A DNA stretch of 64,000 nucleotides from an uncultured delta proteobacterium (lineage in GTDB: Bacteria; Myxococcota_A; UBA9160; UBA4427). The notes beneath the pieces are model-generated. The model had not been told where the DNA came from, did no database searches, and saw nothing but the letters and a program-made list of their open reading frames with translations. Location of the stretch: positions 1,024,001-1,088,000 of the forward strand of contig CAWGJT010000005.1 in assembly GCA_963822965.1 (NCBI GenBank), given 5' to 3'. Position numbers and translations under genes: made by a program. Below are positions 1 through 9,359 of the stretch, piece by piece. Positions within the stretch are counted from its first letter, which is position 1. Every line of letters begins with the position of its first letter.

Positions 1-132
1 TTCTCGCGCACCGCCCCGCGCATCGGCATCCCGCCGGCCCGGCTGGGGGAGCACACGAGCGAGATCCTCGAGGATGCGGGCTACTCGGCGTCGCAGATCC
101 AGGTGCTGGAGAGCTCGGGCGTCGTCGTGTGA
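1..132 (+). CDS. CoA-transferase family III (CaiB/BaiF), C-terminal fragment at window edge
   Basis: Frame 1 reads FSRTAPRIGIPPARLGEHTSEILEDAGYSASQIQVLESSGVVV*; the P-x-LGEHT-x-EIL...GY ending is typical of family III CoA-transferases. Confidence 0.75.
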   Translation, partial: FSRTAPRIGIPPARLGEHTSEILEDAGYSASQIQVLESSGVVV

Positions 133-199
133 CGCCGGAGCCACGGAAGATTCTGGCCTCCACGGTCGCTCGTCCTCGCTGTCTGCCTTTCGAGGCCTG

Positions 200-1537
200 C
201 TACGGGTGATACAGCCGCTTCGCCTCGTCCCGCAGCCAGTCCCGATGATCCGGGTGCGCCACCGCGATCAGCTCCTCGGCCCTCTCTCGCACGCTCTTGC
301 CCAGGAGTCGCGCCACGCCCTGGTCGGTGACGATCGTGTCCGCGAGCTCGCGGGGGATCGAGACGATCTGGCCGGCCTGGAACTGGGGGACGATGGTCGA
401 GACGGTGCCGTTCTTGGCCGTCGAGGGGAGCACCGTGCAGGCACGGCCGCGCTTCGACAGGAAGGCGCCGAGCTGGAAGGCGAGCTGTCCGCCCAGGCCC
501 GAGTAGATGCTGTCTGCCATGGCGTAGACGCCGATCTGGCCCGTGAGGTCGACCATCAGGGCGCCGTTTAGCGTCAGCATGTCGTCGTGCTTCGCGATCA
601 CCGTCGGGTCGTTGGTGTATTCATACGAGCGCATCTGGAAGAACGGGTTCCGCTCGATGTGGTCCACGTCCTCGAGGCTGTTGCCGATGAAGCAGGCCAC
701 GAAGCGGTAGGGCTCCACCTGGGCGTAGCGGCTGGTCACGATGCCCTTGCGGGCCAGGGCCACGCAGCCCGGCACCGTCAGCTCGGAGAAGAAGCCCAGG
801 TCGTTGCAGTCGTCGAAGGCGCCCAGCAGCGGCAGCGCGCCGGTGTGCTTGCCGAGCCCGACCTGGATGGTGTCCCCGTCCTTCACGATGGACTTGACGT
901 TCGCCGCGATGCGGCGGTCCACCTCGGGGAAGCTGGCCGGGTCCGGGTCCGGGGCGCCGAGCCGCGGGCGGTCGCCCTGCACGAAGGCATCCACCTGGGA
1001 GACGTGGAGCCAGCTGTCGCCGCACGTCCGGGGCAGGCCGTCGCTGATCTCGACGATCACGCGCTTGGCCCGCCTTGCCGAGGAGACCGCGTCCCACACG
1101 GAGTTGCCCACGCACGACCAGCCGCGCTCGTCCGGGGGCGTCGCCAGGATGAGCAGGTCGTCGATGGGCTGGCCTTCGCCGGGCCGGGTGTCGGCGGCCT
1201 TGTGCTGGTTGATCATCGAGAAGGGGTGGAAGTCGATGATCCGCTCGGAGAGGGCCTGGCGGTTGTCGGGGGCGAGCGCGTACTGCACCTGCAGGTCCCA
1301 GGCGTCCCGGGCATCCTCGCGGAACCAGCCCATGTTCGGGATGACGATGCTGCGGATCTTGACGTCCCGGAGCTCCTGCTCCCGGGTGGCGAGGGCGGCC
1401 AGGATGGCGGGGGGCTGGTGGGCGCTGGGCATCCAGACGAGGTCGCCCGACTCGACGAGACCCGCCGCCGCGTAGGGGTCCACGAGCTTGCGTTCGAAGT
1501 CGGCCTTCGGGTCGACGGACAGATCGAGCTTCGCCAC
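200..1537 (-). CDS. Acetyl-CoA hydrolase/transferase family protein (4-hydroxybutyrate CoA-transferase-like)
   Basis: DGDTIQVGLG, NGALMVDLTGQI, SGLGGQLAF and IVTDQGVARLLGKSVRERAEELIAVAHPDHR motifs. GTG start at 1537 follows a GGAGGAGG RBS. Confidence 0.88.
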   Translation of the reverse strand: MAKLDLSVDPKADFERKLVDPYAAAGLVESGDLVWMPSAHQPPAILAALATREQELRDVKIRSIVIPNMGWFREDARDAWDLQVQYALAPDNRQALSERIIDFHPFSMINQHKAADTRPGEGQPIDDLLILATPPDERGWSCVGNSVWDAVSSARRAKRVIVEISDGLPRTCGDSWLHVSQVDAFVQGDRPRLGAPDPDPASFPEVDRRIAANVKSIVKDGDTIQVGLGKHTGALPLLGAFDDCNDLGFFSELTVPGCVALARKGIVTSRYAQVEPYRFVACFIGNSLEDVDHIERNPFFQMRSYEYTNDPTVIAKHDDMLTLNGALMVDLTGQIGVYAMADSIYSGLGGQLAFQLGAFLSKRGRACTVLPSTAKNGTVSTIVPQFQAGQIVSIPRELADTIVTDQGVARLLGKSVRERAEELIAVAHPDHRDWLRDEAKRLYHP

Positions 1538-1688
1538 CGCGCCTCCTCCCTCTGCGCCTGACTTGCGCACTCCGGGCCGGAGATCCTACCGATCCCCGGC
1601 CCGGAGAGCCCGATGCGGCGTGGGTGGGAGCCGCCCGAACCCGATAAGCTCTGGGACGCTTCGAGACGGAATTCGACCGGAGGACCCC

Positions 1689-3401
1689 ATGCACGACCTC
1701 GTGATTCGCAACGGCAAGATCGTCGACGGCACCGGCGTCCCCGCGCGCGTGGGCGACATCGGCATCGACGGCGACCGCATCACTGTGGTCGGAGACGACG
1801 TCGGCGCCGGGCGCCGCGAGATCGACGCGTCGGGCCTGCTGGTGACCCCCGGCTGGGTGGACGTGCACACCCACTACGACGGGCAGGTCACCTGGGACCC
1901 CTATCTCTCGCCGTCCAGCTGGCACGGCGTCACGACCCTGGTGATGGGCAACTGCGGGGTGGGCTTCGCGCCGGTGCGGCCCGGCCAGGAGGACTTCCTG
2001 ATCGAGCTGATGGAGGGCGTGGAGGACATTCCCGGCACGGCCCTCGCCGAGGGCATCTGCTGGGGCTGGGAATCGTTCCCCGAGTATCTCGACGTGCTCG
2101 ACGCCATGCCCCGAGCCATCGACGTGGCCGCCCAGGTGCCCCACTGCGCGGTGCGCGCCTACGTGCTGGGCGAGCGCGCCCACGATCTCGAGGTGAGCGA
2201 CGACGAGATCGCCGAGATGCGGCGCATCACCCGGGAAGGCCTCGAGGCCGGCGCCGTGGGCTTCACCACCTCGCGCACGGTGCTGCACCGCTCGAAGCAC
2301 GGGCTGGTGCCGGGCACCTGGTCGAAGCCCGAAGAGCTGGTGGGCATCGGCGAGGCCCTGGGCGAGGCGGGCCACGGGGTGTTCGAGATGGTGGCGGACT
2401 CCATGGGCCAGGATCCCGACCTCTCCTGGATGCGGGACCTGAGCACGAAGACCGGCCGGCCCATCACGTTCGCGCTGGCCCAGAGCCCGTTCCAGCCCGA
2501 GGCCTGGCGGACCACCCTGCACGCGATGTCGGCGCTGAACGAGTCCGGGGCGCACATCGTTCCCCAGGTGCCGTGCCGGCCCACGGGCATGCTCTTCGGC
2601 CTGCAGAGCTCGGCGCACTCGTTCCTCTTCCACCCGAGCTACAAGGCCCTGGCCGAGCTGCCCCTGGCGGAGCGGGTCGCCGAGCTGCGCAAGCCCGAGG
2701 TCCGCGAGCGCATCCTCGGCGAGAAGCCCGAGACCGACCAGCCCCTGGCCGTGGCCATCATGATGAACTGGGCGGGCATCTATCCCCTGGGCGATCCGCC
2801 CGACTACGAGCCCACGCCGGAGACCAGCGCCGCCGCCGTCGCCGAGCGCGAGGGACGCCGGCCCGAAGAGGTGGTCTACGACTGGATGCTCGAGCAGGAC
2901 GGACGCGCCTTCCTGTTCGTGCCGCTGGCCAACTACCTCGACGCGAACCTGGACGCCGTCCGCGAGATGCTCGTGGACGAGAACACGATGATCGGCCTGT
3001 CGGACGGCGGCGCACACTGCGGTCTCATCTGCGACTGCAGCATGCCCACCTATCTGCTCACCCACTGGGCCCGGGACCGGAAGCGCGGCCCCGGCATCCC
3101 GCTCGAGCAGGTGGTGAAGAAGCAGACCGCGGACACCGCGAAGGTCTACGGCTTCGACGACCGGGGCGTGCTGGCGCCCGGCATGAAGGCCGACCTCAAC
3201 GTGATCGACTTCGAGGGCCTGCTGCTGCACGCGCCGCAGATGGTCTTCGACCTGCCGGCGGGCGGACGCCGCCTCATCCAGAAGGTGGACGGCTATCGCG
3301 CGACCATCTGCTCGGGGCAGGTGGTGTTCGAGAACGGCGAGCCGACCGGGGCCCTGCCCGGCCATCTGGTGCGAGGACCGCAGCCGGCCCCCGCGCGCTG
3401 A
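1689..3401 (+). CDS. Amidohydrolase family 3 / N-acyl-D-amino-acid deacylase-like protein
   Basis: [26 protein letters not shown] (HxH metal motif), [19 protein letters not shown] at 1689 after GGAGG. Confidence 0.9.
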   Translation: MHDLVIRNGKIVDGTGVPARVGDIGIDGDRITVVGDDVGAGRREIDASGLLVTPGWVDVHTHYDGQVTWDPYLSPSSWHGVTTLVMGNCGVGFAPVRPGQEDFLIELMEGVEDIPGTALAEGICWGWESFPEYLDVLDAMPRAIDVAAQVPHCAVRAYVLGERAHDLEVSDDEIAEMRRITREGLEAGAVGFTTSRTVLHRSKHGLVPGTWSKPEELVGIGEALGEAGHGVFEMVADSMGQDPDLSWMRDLSTKTGRPITFALAQSPFQPEAWRTTLHAMSALNESGAHIVPQVPCRPTGMLFGLQSSAHSFLFHPSYKALAELPLAERVAELRKPEVRERILGEKPETDQPLAVAIMMNWAGIYPLGDPPDYEPTPETSAAAVAEREGRRPEEVVYDWMLEQDGRAFLFVPLANYLDANLDAVREMLVDENTMIGLSDGGAHCGLICDCSMPTYLLTHWARDRKRGPGIPLEQVVKKQTADTAKVYGFDDRGVLAPGMKADLNVIDFEGLLLHAPQMVFDLPAGGRRLIQKVDGYRATICSGQVVFENGEPTGALPGHLVRGPQPAPAR

Positions 3402-3452
3402 GACCCGGCGATCGGAACCGAAACCGGCGCGTCCCGGGCTATCGTCCACGAG

Positions 3453-5231
3453 ATGCCCTCGCAGCCCGCGGCCCAGGAACGCTCCGCGCACCGGGACCTC
3501 GGCGGGCCGGGGGCCTGGGCCTGGGCCTGGGCTGCGGCCCTGGCGGTGCTCGTGGTGGTCGCGCAGCTGCCGCTCTTCGACCGCAACTTCGTTCCCATGG
3601 ACGAGGGGCACCTGGCGCTCTCCGCCAGCCGACTGCTCGGAGGCGACGTCCTCTACCGGGACATCCACACGGGCATCTTTCCGGGCATCTACGCGCTGAC
3701 GGCCGGCCTCTTCGCGCTGTTCGGCGAGCAGGTGCTCGTGACCCGCTACGCGGAGATGGCCGTCAACGTGGCCAGCGCGCTGCTGCTCTGGTGGATCGGG
3801 CTGCGTCTGCTTCCCCCGCGCTGGGCCTGGGTGCCGCCGGTGCTCTTCGTGGCGCTGGTGTGGATCTCCTTCCCGGTGCTCTCGATGTTCAACTACTCGG
3901 CGCTGGCGGGCATGCTGGGGCTGGCGGCGCTGCTCTTCGCGCTCCGCTTCCTCGAGCGGGGCCACCACGTGGACGCCGGCGCCGTCGGCCTGCTGGTGGG
4001 CGCCTGTCTCTTCACGAAGCAGAACTACGGCGGGCTCGCCGCGGTGGGCCTGGCGGTGGGCCTCGTGCTGGCGCGCCGCCACTCTGCCCTTCGCGACGTC
4101 CCGCTCGTGCGCTGCTTCGCGCCGATCGTGGTGGCGGGCACGGCCTTCCTGGTGGTGACGATCGGCTGGCTCGCCGCCAGCGGAACCCTGGGCGCCTGGG
4201 TCGACTCGACCCTGACGTCGCTGGTGGGCTCCCAGCTGAAGGACTTCGACAACCCCATCCCGCCGATCCTGGGCGCGCATCCCCAGGGCGATCCGCGCTT
4301 CGTGTATCTCTACATCCCGTCGGGGCTCTTCGACTTCCTGCTGCGCGGCGACCGCTTCCTGGGCCTGCCCCTCGACGCGTCGCTCGTCTCCACGCTGATC
4401 CGCTGCTTCTACGGGCTGCCGCTCGCCGCGCTCGTCGCGGCTCCCGCCTGGCTGGTGTGGAGCGCGCCCGCGCCCGGCGACGTTCCCGGCGAGGCGGCGC
4501 CCGACCCGCGCCGGGCGGCGGCGACCCTCGTGGTGGTGTTCGCGGTGGTCTTCTTCTTCGGCATCTTTCCCTCGGCGGTGTTCTCGCACCTGGTCTACGT
4601 GCTGGCGCCGATCCTGCTGCTCTTCGCCTGGCTGGGCGCACAGGTGGAAGGCGCCCTCGCCGCCCGGGCGGCGGGCTGGGCCCGGGGCTGGCGCGTGCTC
4701 TGCGGCGTGCTCGTGGGCGCCCTCCTGCTGGCGTGCGCGAGCGTGCCCGTGCACGTGGCGGAGAGCTACACGACGCCTTCGGGCCTGCCCCACGTGGACC
4801 TCCTGGTGACCCCCGAGCAGGCGCAGCTCAACGCAAAGACGCTGCGCTTCATCGGCGCGTGCGCCGCCCCGGGAGAGCCCATCTTCACCCTGCCCATCCT
4901 GCCGGTGCTCTACCTGGCGAGCAGCCATCCGAACCCGGTCAAGTGGGACCTGCTCATCCCGGGCGCCATCGACCAGCAGGCCATCGTCGCGGCCCTCGAG
5001 CGCGATCGGGTGCGCTGCGTGGTGCGCCAGCGCGACATGAACCCCGAGTTCCCGCCCCTGAGCGAGCTCTACCCGGTGCTCGACGGCTACGTGACGCGCC
5101 ACTACCGCAAGGGCGTCACCCTCGAGGCCGGGGGCCAGGTGTGGCACGGGCTCACCCGCACGGCACCCTTTGCCGGAGCTCCGCGGCCGGCCGCACCGCC
5201 GGCCGCGAAAGGAGGCAAGAGCAGCCGATGA
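3453..5231 (+). CDS. Polytopic membrane glycosyltransferase, GT-C/ArnT(GT39/83)-like
   Basis: First TM followed by DEG...LYRD...PG; KQNYG motif; about 11-12 hydrophobic segments; soluble C-terminal domain. Confidence 0.7.
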   Translation: MPSQPAAQERSAHRDLGGPGAWAWAWAAALAVLVVVAQLPLFDRNFVPMDEGHLALSASRLLGGDVLYRDIHTGIFPGIYALTAGLFALFGEQVLVTRYAEMAVNVASALLLWWIGLRLLPPRWAWVPPVLFVALVWISFPVLSMFNYSALAGMLGLAALLFALRFLERGHHVDAGAVGLLVGACLFTKQNYGGLAAVGLAVGLVLARRHSALRDVPLVRCFAPIVVAGTAFLVVTIGWLAASGTLGAWVDSTLTSLVGSQLKDFDNPIPPILGAHPQGDPRFVYLYIPSGLFDFLLRGDRFLGLPLDASLVSTLIRCFYGLPLAALVAAPAWLVWSAPAPGDVPGEAAPDPRRAAATLVVVFAVVFFFGIFPSAVFSHLVYVLAPILLLFAWLGAQVEGALAARAAGWARGWRVLCGVLVGALLLACASVPVHVAESYTTPSGLPHVDLLVTPEQAQLNAKTLRFIGACAAPGEPIFTLPILPVLYLASSHPNPVKWDLLIPGAIDQQAIVAALERDRVRCVVRQRDMNPEFPPLSELYPVLDGYVTRHYRKGVTLEAGGQVWHGLTRTAPFAGAPRPAAPPAAKGGKSSR

Positions 5232-7444
5232 GCGGCTCCCGCAGCGCTTCGCCCGCGGTCGAGGCCGCCTTCGTCGGTGTCGCCGCCCTGGCGCTCGTGG
5301 TGGTGGGCGGCCTGCTGCTGCCGCGCGGCATCAACCTCTCCGACGAGGGCTTCCTGCTGCAGGAAGCCCTCGACATGCTGCACGGCAAGATCCTCTATCG
5401 CGACATCGAGATGTTCATCGCGCCGGGCATCTGGTTCCTGGTGGCCGGGCTCTTCCGGGTGGTCGAGCCGAGCGTGCTGGCGTCGCGCATCGTGGCCGCC
5501 GTCTCCTATTTCGCGCTGGCGGGCGTGATCTTCCAGCTGGTGCGGGCACAGGTCGGGGGTCGCAGCGGCATCCGATACGCGTCGGTGTGCCTGATGGTGT
5601 ACGCGGCGCTCGCGGTCTGGTCCTTCCCCCACTGGACCTGGGCCTGGTACTCGCCGTGGTCGATCCTCTTCGCGCTGATGGCGCTGCAGGCCCTGCTCGC
5701 CTGGCGCCGGGACCGGCGCCCGGGGCGCCTGCTGTGGATGGGCGTCTGCGTGGGCCTCACCGCCGTCTTCAAGCAGAACTACGGCTTCTTCGCCCTGGCG
5801 GGGAGTGCGACCGGCGTCCTCATCGTGCGGCTCGAGGCCCACGAGAGCGGCACGGGGCTGGCGCGAGAGCTGCTCGCCGACGGGCTTCGCATGGCCGGCG
5901 GCGTGGTGGCGGCGGTCGCCCCCCTGCTGGTCTACTTCGGCATCCACGGCGCGCTGTACTCGATCTACGACCGCTTCTTCCTCTACCCGCTCGAGTTCAC
6001 CACCGCCGCCAACATCCCCTATCTGCCCCTGTCGGCGCTCTTCGACCACGCCGTCTTCGCGGACCGCGTGGCGTCCACCAACTACCTCGCGCAGCTGGCC
6101 CTGAACTCGCCCGCCGAGATCCCGCTGCTGCCCGGCCCGACGACGATCCACCTTCTGCACGCGGTGCTCTACTGGGCGCCGCCGGCGATCCTGCTCCTCG
6201 GGGTGGCGCTGGGCATCCGGCGGCGGAACGGACGCGTGGAGCTCGACGCGCCGCTCCTCGCAACCACCGCCTTCTCGGGGTTCCTGTTCCTCGGCATCTT
6301 CCCGCGCGCCGACTACACCCACCTCGTCACCGTCTACCAGCCGCTGCTGGTGACGGGCGCGCTCGTGTGGCACCGGGCCGCGCAGCGCCTGCCGGAGCGC
6401 ACGCCCACCTGGGCCTGGGTGCCCGTGGCGGGCGGCGTCGCGCTGCTGGGCTTCTACGCCCTGGCCGCCGTGGCCTGGCTCGCGTATCTCGTACAGGCCA
6501 TGACCTCGCCCCTGCCCCAGCGGCGGGGCGGCGTGCTCGTCCACGAGATCACGGCGGTGGGAATCGAGCAGCTCGTCGACGTCGTGCGCGCCCACACCCA
6601 GCCGGGCGAGGCCTTCTTCGGCATCCCGGACATGGCGATGATCAACTTCCTCGCCGAACGACCGGTCCCGGGCTCGCAGTACCAGACCTACGCGCACATG
6701 ATCGCGCGCGACCAGGGAGCCCTCACCACCCGGCAGCTCGACGCGGCGAACGTCCGCTTCGCCATCGCCCGCTACGACAACGTGCTCTCGACCGAGCCGC
6801 GCCTCGCCGCCTATGCGCCCATCCTGGCCGATTACCTGGCGCGCAACTTCGAGGCCACCTGGATGATCCAGAACGACCAGTACCTGCTGCTGGAGCGCCG
6901 GAAGGAGCCCCGCGCAAAGGTGGAGACGCAGAGCGTGCTCGGCGACTGCACCTGGGCCGGCGGCAGCGCGCCGGAGAGCTCGGTGCGGGAGCACCTGCTC
7001 TTCGAGAGCCTGTTCCAGCCCCTGCGTCCCGACGCGTCCACCGAGAATGCCGAGACGCGCTGCCGGGTGCGGGTTCCGGACGGCGCGGTCTTCTCGGTGC
7101 AGGTCGGCTACAAGCACCCCGTCGCCATGGAGCGCGGCGCCTTCATCACGGCCGAGGTGCTGGCCCGAACCGCGGGAGGCGAGCCCGAGCGGCTGCTCCG
7201 CACCGTGCTGGACGTCCAGCCCATGAACGTGGACGGCATCCCGGTGCCCGAGGCCCGGCGCGTCGACCTCTCGCACCTCGCCGGACGCGAGGTGACCCTC
7301 GTCTTCCGCACCGAACGCCGGGGGCGCGTGCGGCTCAGCCCGTTCACCCTCGAGACCTACGGGATGTTCTGGCAGCACCCGGTGCTGGAGCTGCCGGCGC
7401 CCGCGAACGCCGCCGCGGTGCCCGCAGCGATCGACGGCGGCTGA
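5228..7444 (+). CDS. Polytopic membrane glycosyltransferase, GT-C/ArnT-like (paralogue of the upstream gene, with an extra C-terminal domain)
   Basis: ATGA overlap with the previous stop; DEG...LYRD...PG and KQNYG motifs shared with 3453-5231; C-terminal part of the 1613..7444 ORF. Confidence 0.7.
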   Translation: MSGSRSASPAVEAAFVGVAALALVVVGGLLLPRGINLSDEGFLLQEALDMLHGKILYRDIEMFIAPGIWFLVAGLFRVVEPSVLASRIVAAVSYFALAGVIFQLVRAQVGGRSGIRYASVCLMVYAALAVWSFPHWTWAWYSPWSILFALMALQALLAWRRDRRPGRLLWMGVCVGLTAVFKQNYGFFALAGSATGVLIVRLEAHESGTGLARELLADGLRMAGGVVAAVAPLLVYFGIHGALYSIYDRFFLYPLEFTTAANIPYLPLSALFDHAVFADRVASTNYLAQLALNSPAEIPLLPGPTTIHLLHAVLYWAPPAILLLGVALGIRRRNGRVELDAPLLATTAFSGFLFLGIFPRADYTHLVTVYQPLLVTGALVWHRAAQRLPERTPTWAWVPVAGGVALLGFYALAAVAWLAYLVQAMTSPLPQRRGGVLVHEITAVGIEQLVDVVRAHTQPGEAFFGIPDMAMINFLAERPVPGSQYQTYAHMIARDQGALTTRQLDAANVRFAIARYDNVLSTEPRLAAYAPILADYLARNFEATWMIQNDQYLLLERRKEPRAKVETQSVLGDCTWAGGSAPESSVREHLLFESLFQPLRPDASTENAETRCRVRVPDGAVFSVQVGYKHPVAMERGAFITAEVLARTAGGEPERLLRTVLDVQPMNVDGIPVPEARRVDLSHLAGREVTLVFRTERRGRVRLSPFTLETYGMFWQHPVLELPAPANAAAVPAAIDGG

Positions 7445-7460
7445 GAGCCCGAAGCTCCTC

Positions 7461-9251
7461 TCAGCCCGGCGAAGCCGCGTCGGCGTCGCCCCCGCCGCCC
7501 AGGGGCAGGTGCACCCGGAAGGTCGCCCCGGTGCCGGGCTCGGAGGTCACGGTGATCACCCCGCCGTGACGCGTGACGACCTGGTGGGCGATCCCCAGCC
7601 CGAGACCCGTTCCCTCGCCCACCGGCTTGGTGGTGAAGAAGGGATCGAAGATGCGGTCGATCACCTCGGGCGGGATGCCGCAGCCGTCGTCCGCCACGGA
7701 AAGCACCGCGAGCGCTCCCTCGCGTCGCGTCGCGATGCGGATCACCCCCTGCCCGGCGACGGCGTGCATGGCGTTGATGGCGAGGTTCAGGATCACCTGC
7801 TTCAGCTCCTGGGGCGCGCAGAGCACCTCCGGAAGCTCGCCGAACTCGAGCTCGAACTGCACGCCGGGCGTGAGCTGGGGGCGCAGCATGCGCAGGCAGT
7901 CCTCGATCAGCTCGGCGAGCCGGGCGGGCATCCGCTCGGCGGAGCCGCTGTGGGTGAAGTTCTTGACGCCGCGCACGATCTCCGCGGCGCGTTCCACCCC
8001 CTCGATGGACTCGGCGAGCAGGTCGCGTCCCTCGCCCGCCAGGCCCTCGCGGTCCGCCGTCGAGAGCGAGCCGTCGGGACTTTTCGCCAGACGCTCCCAG
8101 TGGTCGCGAAGCAGGCGCAGGTTCGTGCCCACGAATGCGATGGGGTTGTTGATCTCGTGGGCCAGGCCGGCGGCCAGCTCGCCCACCGCCGCGAGCCGCG
8201 CGTTGGTGAGGGAGATGCGGCGCATCTCCTCGAGCTCGCGCAGGTCCCGCAGGACGACCACCATCCCCACCTCGTTGTGCTGGCGCTCGCGCAGCACGCG
8301 GATCGAGACCGACACCGGAATCCGTCGCCCCGACGCCTGGACGAGATCTCGCCGCATCTCTTCGGCCTCGGCGGGGCTGCGCAGGTCGGCCCCGAAGAGC
8401 TCGCCGAGCCGCATGCCGGTGAGGGCGGCGACCGGGTAGCCGGAGAGCCTGACGAGGGACCGGTTCGCGGACCGGATGGTGCCGTCCACGTTCACCAGGG
8501 CGACTCCGTCGTCCAGGGTCTCGAGCATCTGGTCCCCGAAACGGGGACTGGTCATCAGGGAGAGGCCGTAGTGGAAGACCGTCCAGCACACGATGCCTCC
8601 CGTGATGGCCATGGAGGCGGCGCCCAGGCGCGGAAACGGGATCGATGCGGCCGGTAGGACCACGTCGGTCAGCAGGATCGTGACCGTGGGGCTGGCGATG
8701 GCCAGCCACAGCCAGGGCCGCTGCAGAGTGGCCGCGCGCGAGGCGCCCGCCGTCGCCCGCCGGATCACGAAGCAGGAGGAGACGACGACCGAGAGGGAGA
8801 CGCCCTGCGCGACGAAGAGACCGGGGCCGGGATGGAACGACCAGCCCCAGGGCCTCGCGGTGAGCGGGCCGATCACCCAGTCTCCCGTCCAGCACGAGGT
8901 GGCGATCAGGGCGCCCGCCCCGTAGCCCGCCGCCACCACGCCTCCCTGCAGCTTCCGCCAGGGGCGGAACGTCAATGGCGTGGCCAGGGCGAGGGTCTCG
9001 AAGACGATGTGGCCGAGGACCGGTCCGATCGCGAGCCAGGCGGGCGCCGCCAGGCGGAGCCAGAAGCGGGCCTCCAGGGGATCGTCCGCCACGCTGGATG
9101 CCAGCTCGCAGCCCGACCAGCCGGCTGCCAGCAGCAGCTGGAGCGCGAAGAGCTGGGACGCACGGCGTTCCGGCGACTGGGCCAGCACGAAGCCGGCGCT
9201 GGCGGCGGTCACCAGGGTCGCGACCGCCAGCACGAAGGGATAGAAGGACAA
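7461..9251 (-). CDS. Sensor histidine kinase (N-terminal multi-TM region, PAS, HisKA, HATPase)
   Basis: AHEINNP H-box, QVILNLAINA N-box, DDGCGI, IFDPFFTTK, GTGLGL; about 7 N-terminal TM helices; PAS-like LDDGVALVNVDGTIRSAN. TTG start is uncertain. Confidence 0.93.
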   Translation of the reverse strand: MSFYPFVLAVATLVTAASAGFVLAQSPERRASQLFALQLLLAAGWSGCELASSVADDPLEARFWLRLAAPAWLAIGPVLGHIVFETLALATPLTFRPWRKLQGGVVAAGYGAGALIATSCWTGDWVIGPLTARPWGWSFHPGPGLFVAQGVSLSVVVSSCFVIRRATAGASRAATLQRPWLWLAIASPTVTILLTDVVLPAASIPFPRLGAASMAITGGIVCWTVFHYGLSLMTSPRFGDQMLETLDDGVALVNVDGTIRSANRSLVRLSGYPVAALTGMRLGELFGADLRSPAEAEEMRRDLVQASGRRIPVSVSIRVLRERQHNEVGMVVVLRDLRELEEMRRISLTNARLAAVGELAAGLAHEINNPIAFVGTNLRLLRDHWERLAKSPDGSLSTADREGLAGEGRDLLAESIEGVERAAEIVRGVKNFTHSGSAERMPARLAELIEDCLRMLRPQLTPGVQFELEFGELPEVLCAPQELKQVILNLAINAMHAVAGQGVIRIATRREGALAVLSVADDGCGIPPEVIDRIFDPFFTTKPVGEGTGLGLGIAHQVVTRHGGVITVTSEPGTGATFRVHLPLGGGGDADAASPG

Positions 9252-9359
9252 GCGTCGATCCTGACGCGAGTGCAGGAATGGGCCTCGCCCCCTGAGAGAT
9301 CGGTCGGATGCCGCTCCTGCTTGATGCCAGGGAGGCGCCGGCTTCCAGCCTGACTGGAA

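Noticed and set aside
621..7569. Very long ORFs 621..5147 (-), the first ~1200 aa of 1613..7444 (+), 5102..7378 (-) and 5170..7569 (+)
   Set aside because: Arg/Gly/Pro-rich shadow frames of real genes; stop codons are rare in off-frames of high-GC DNA.
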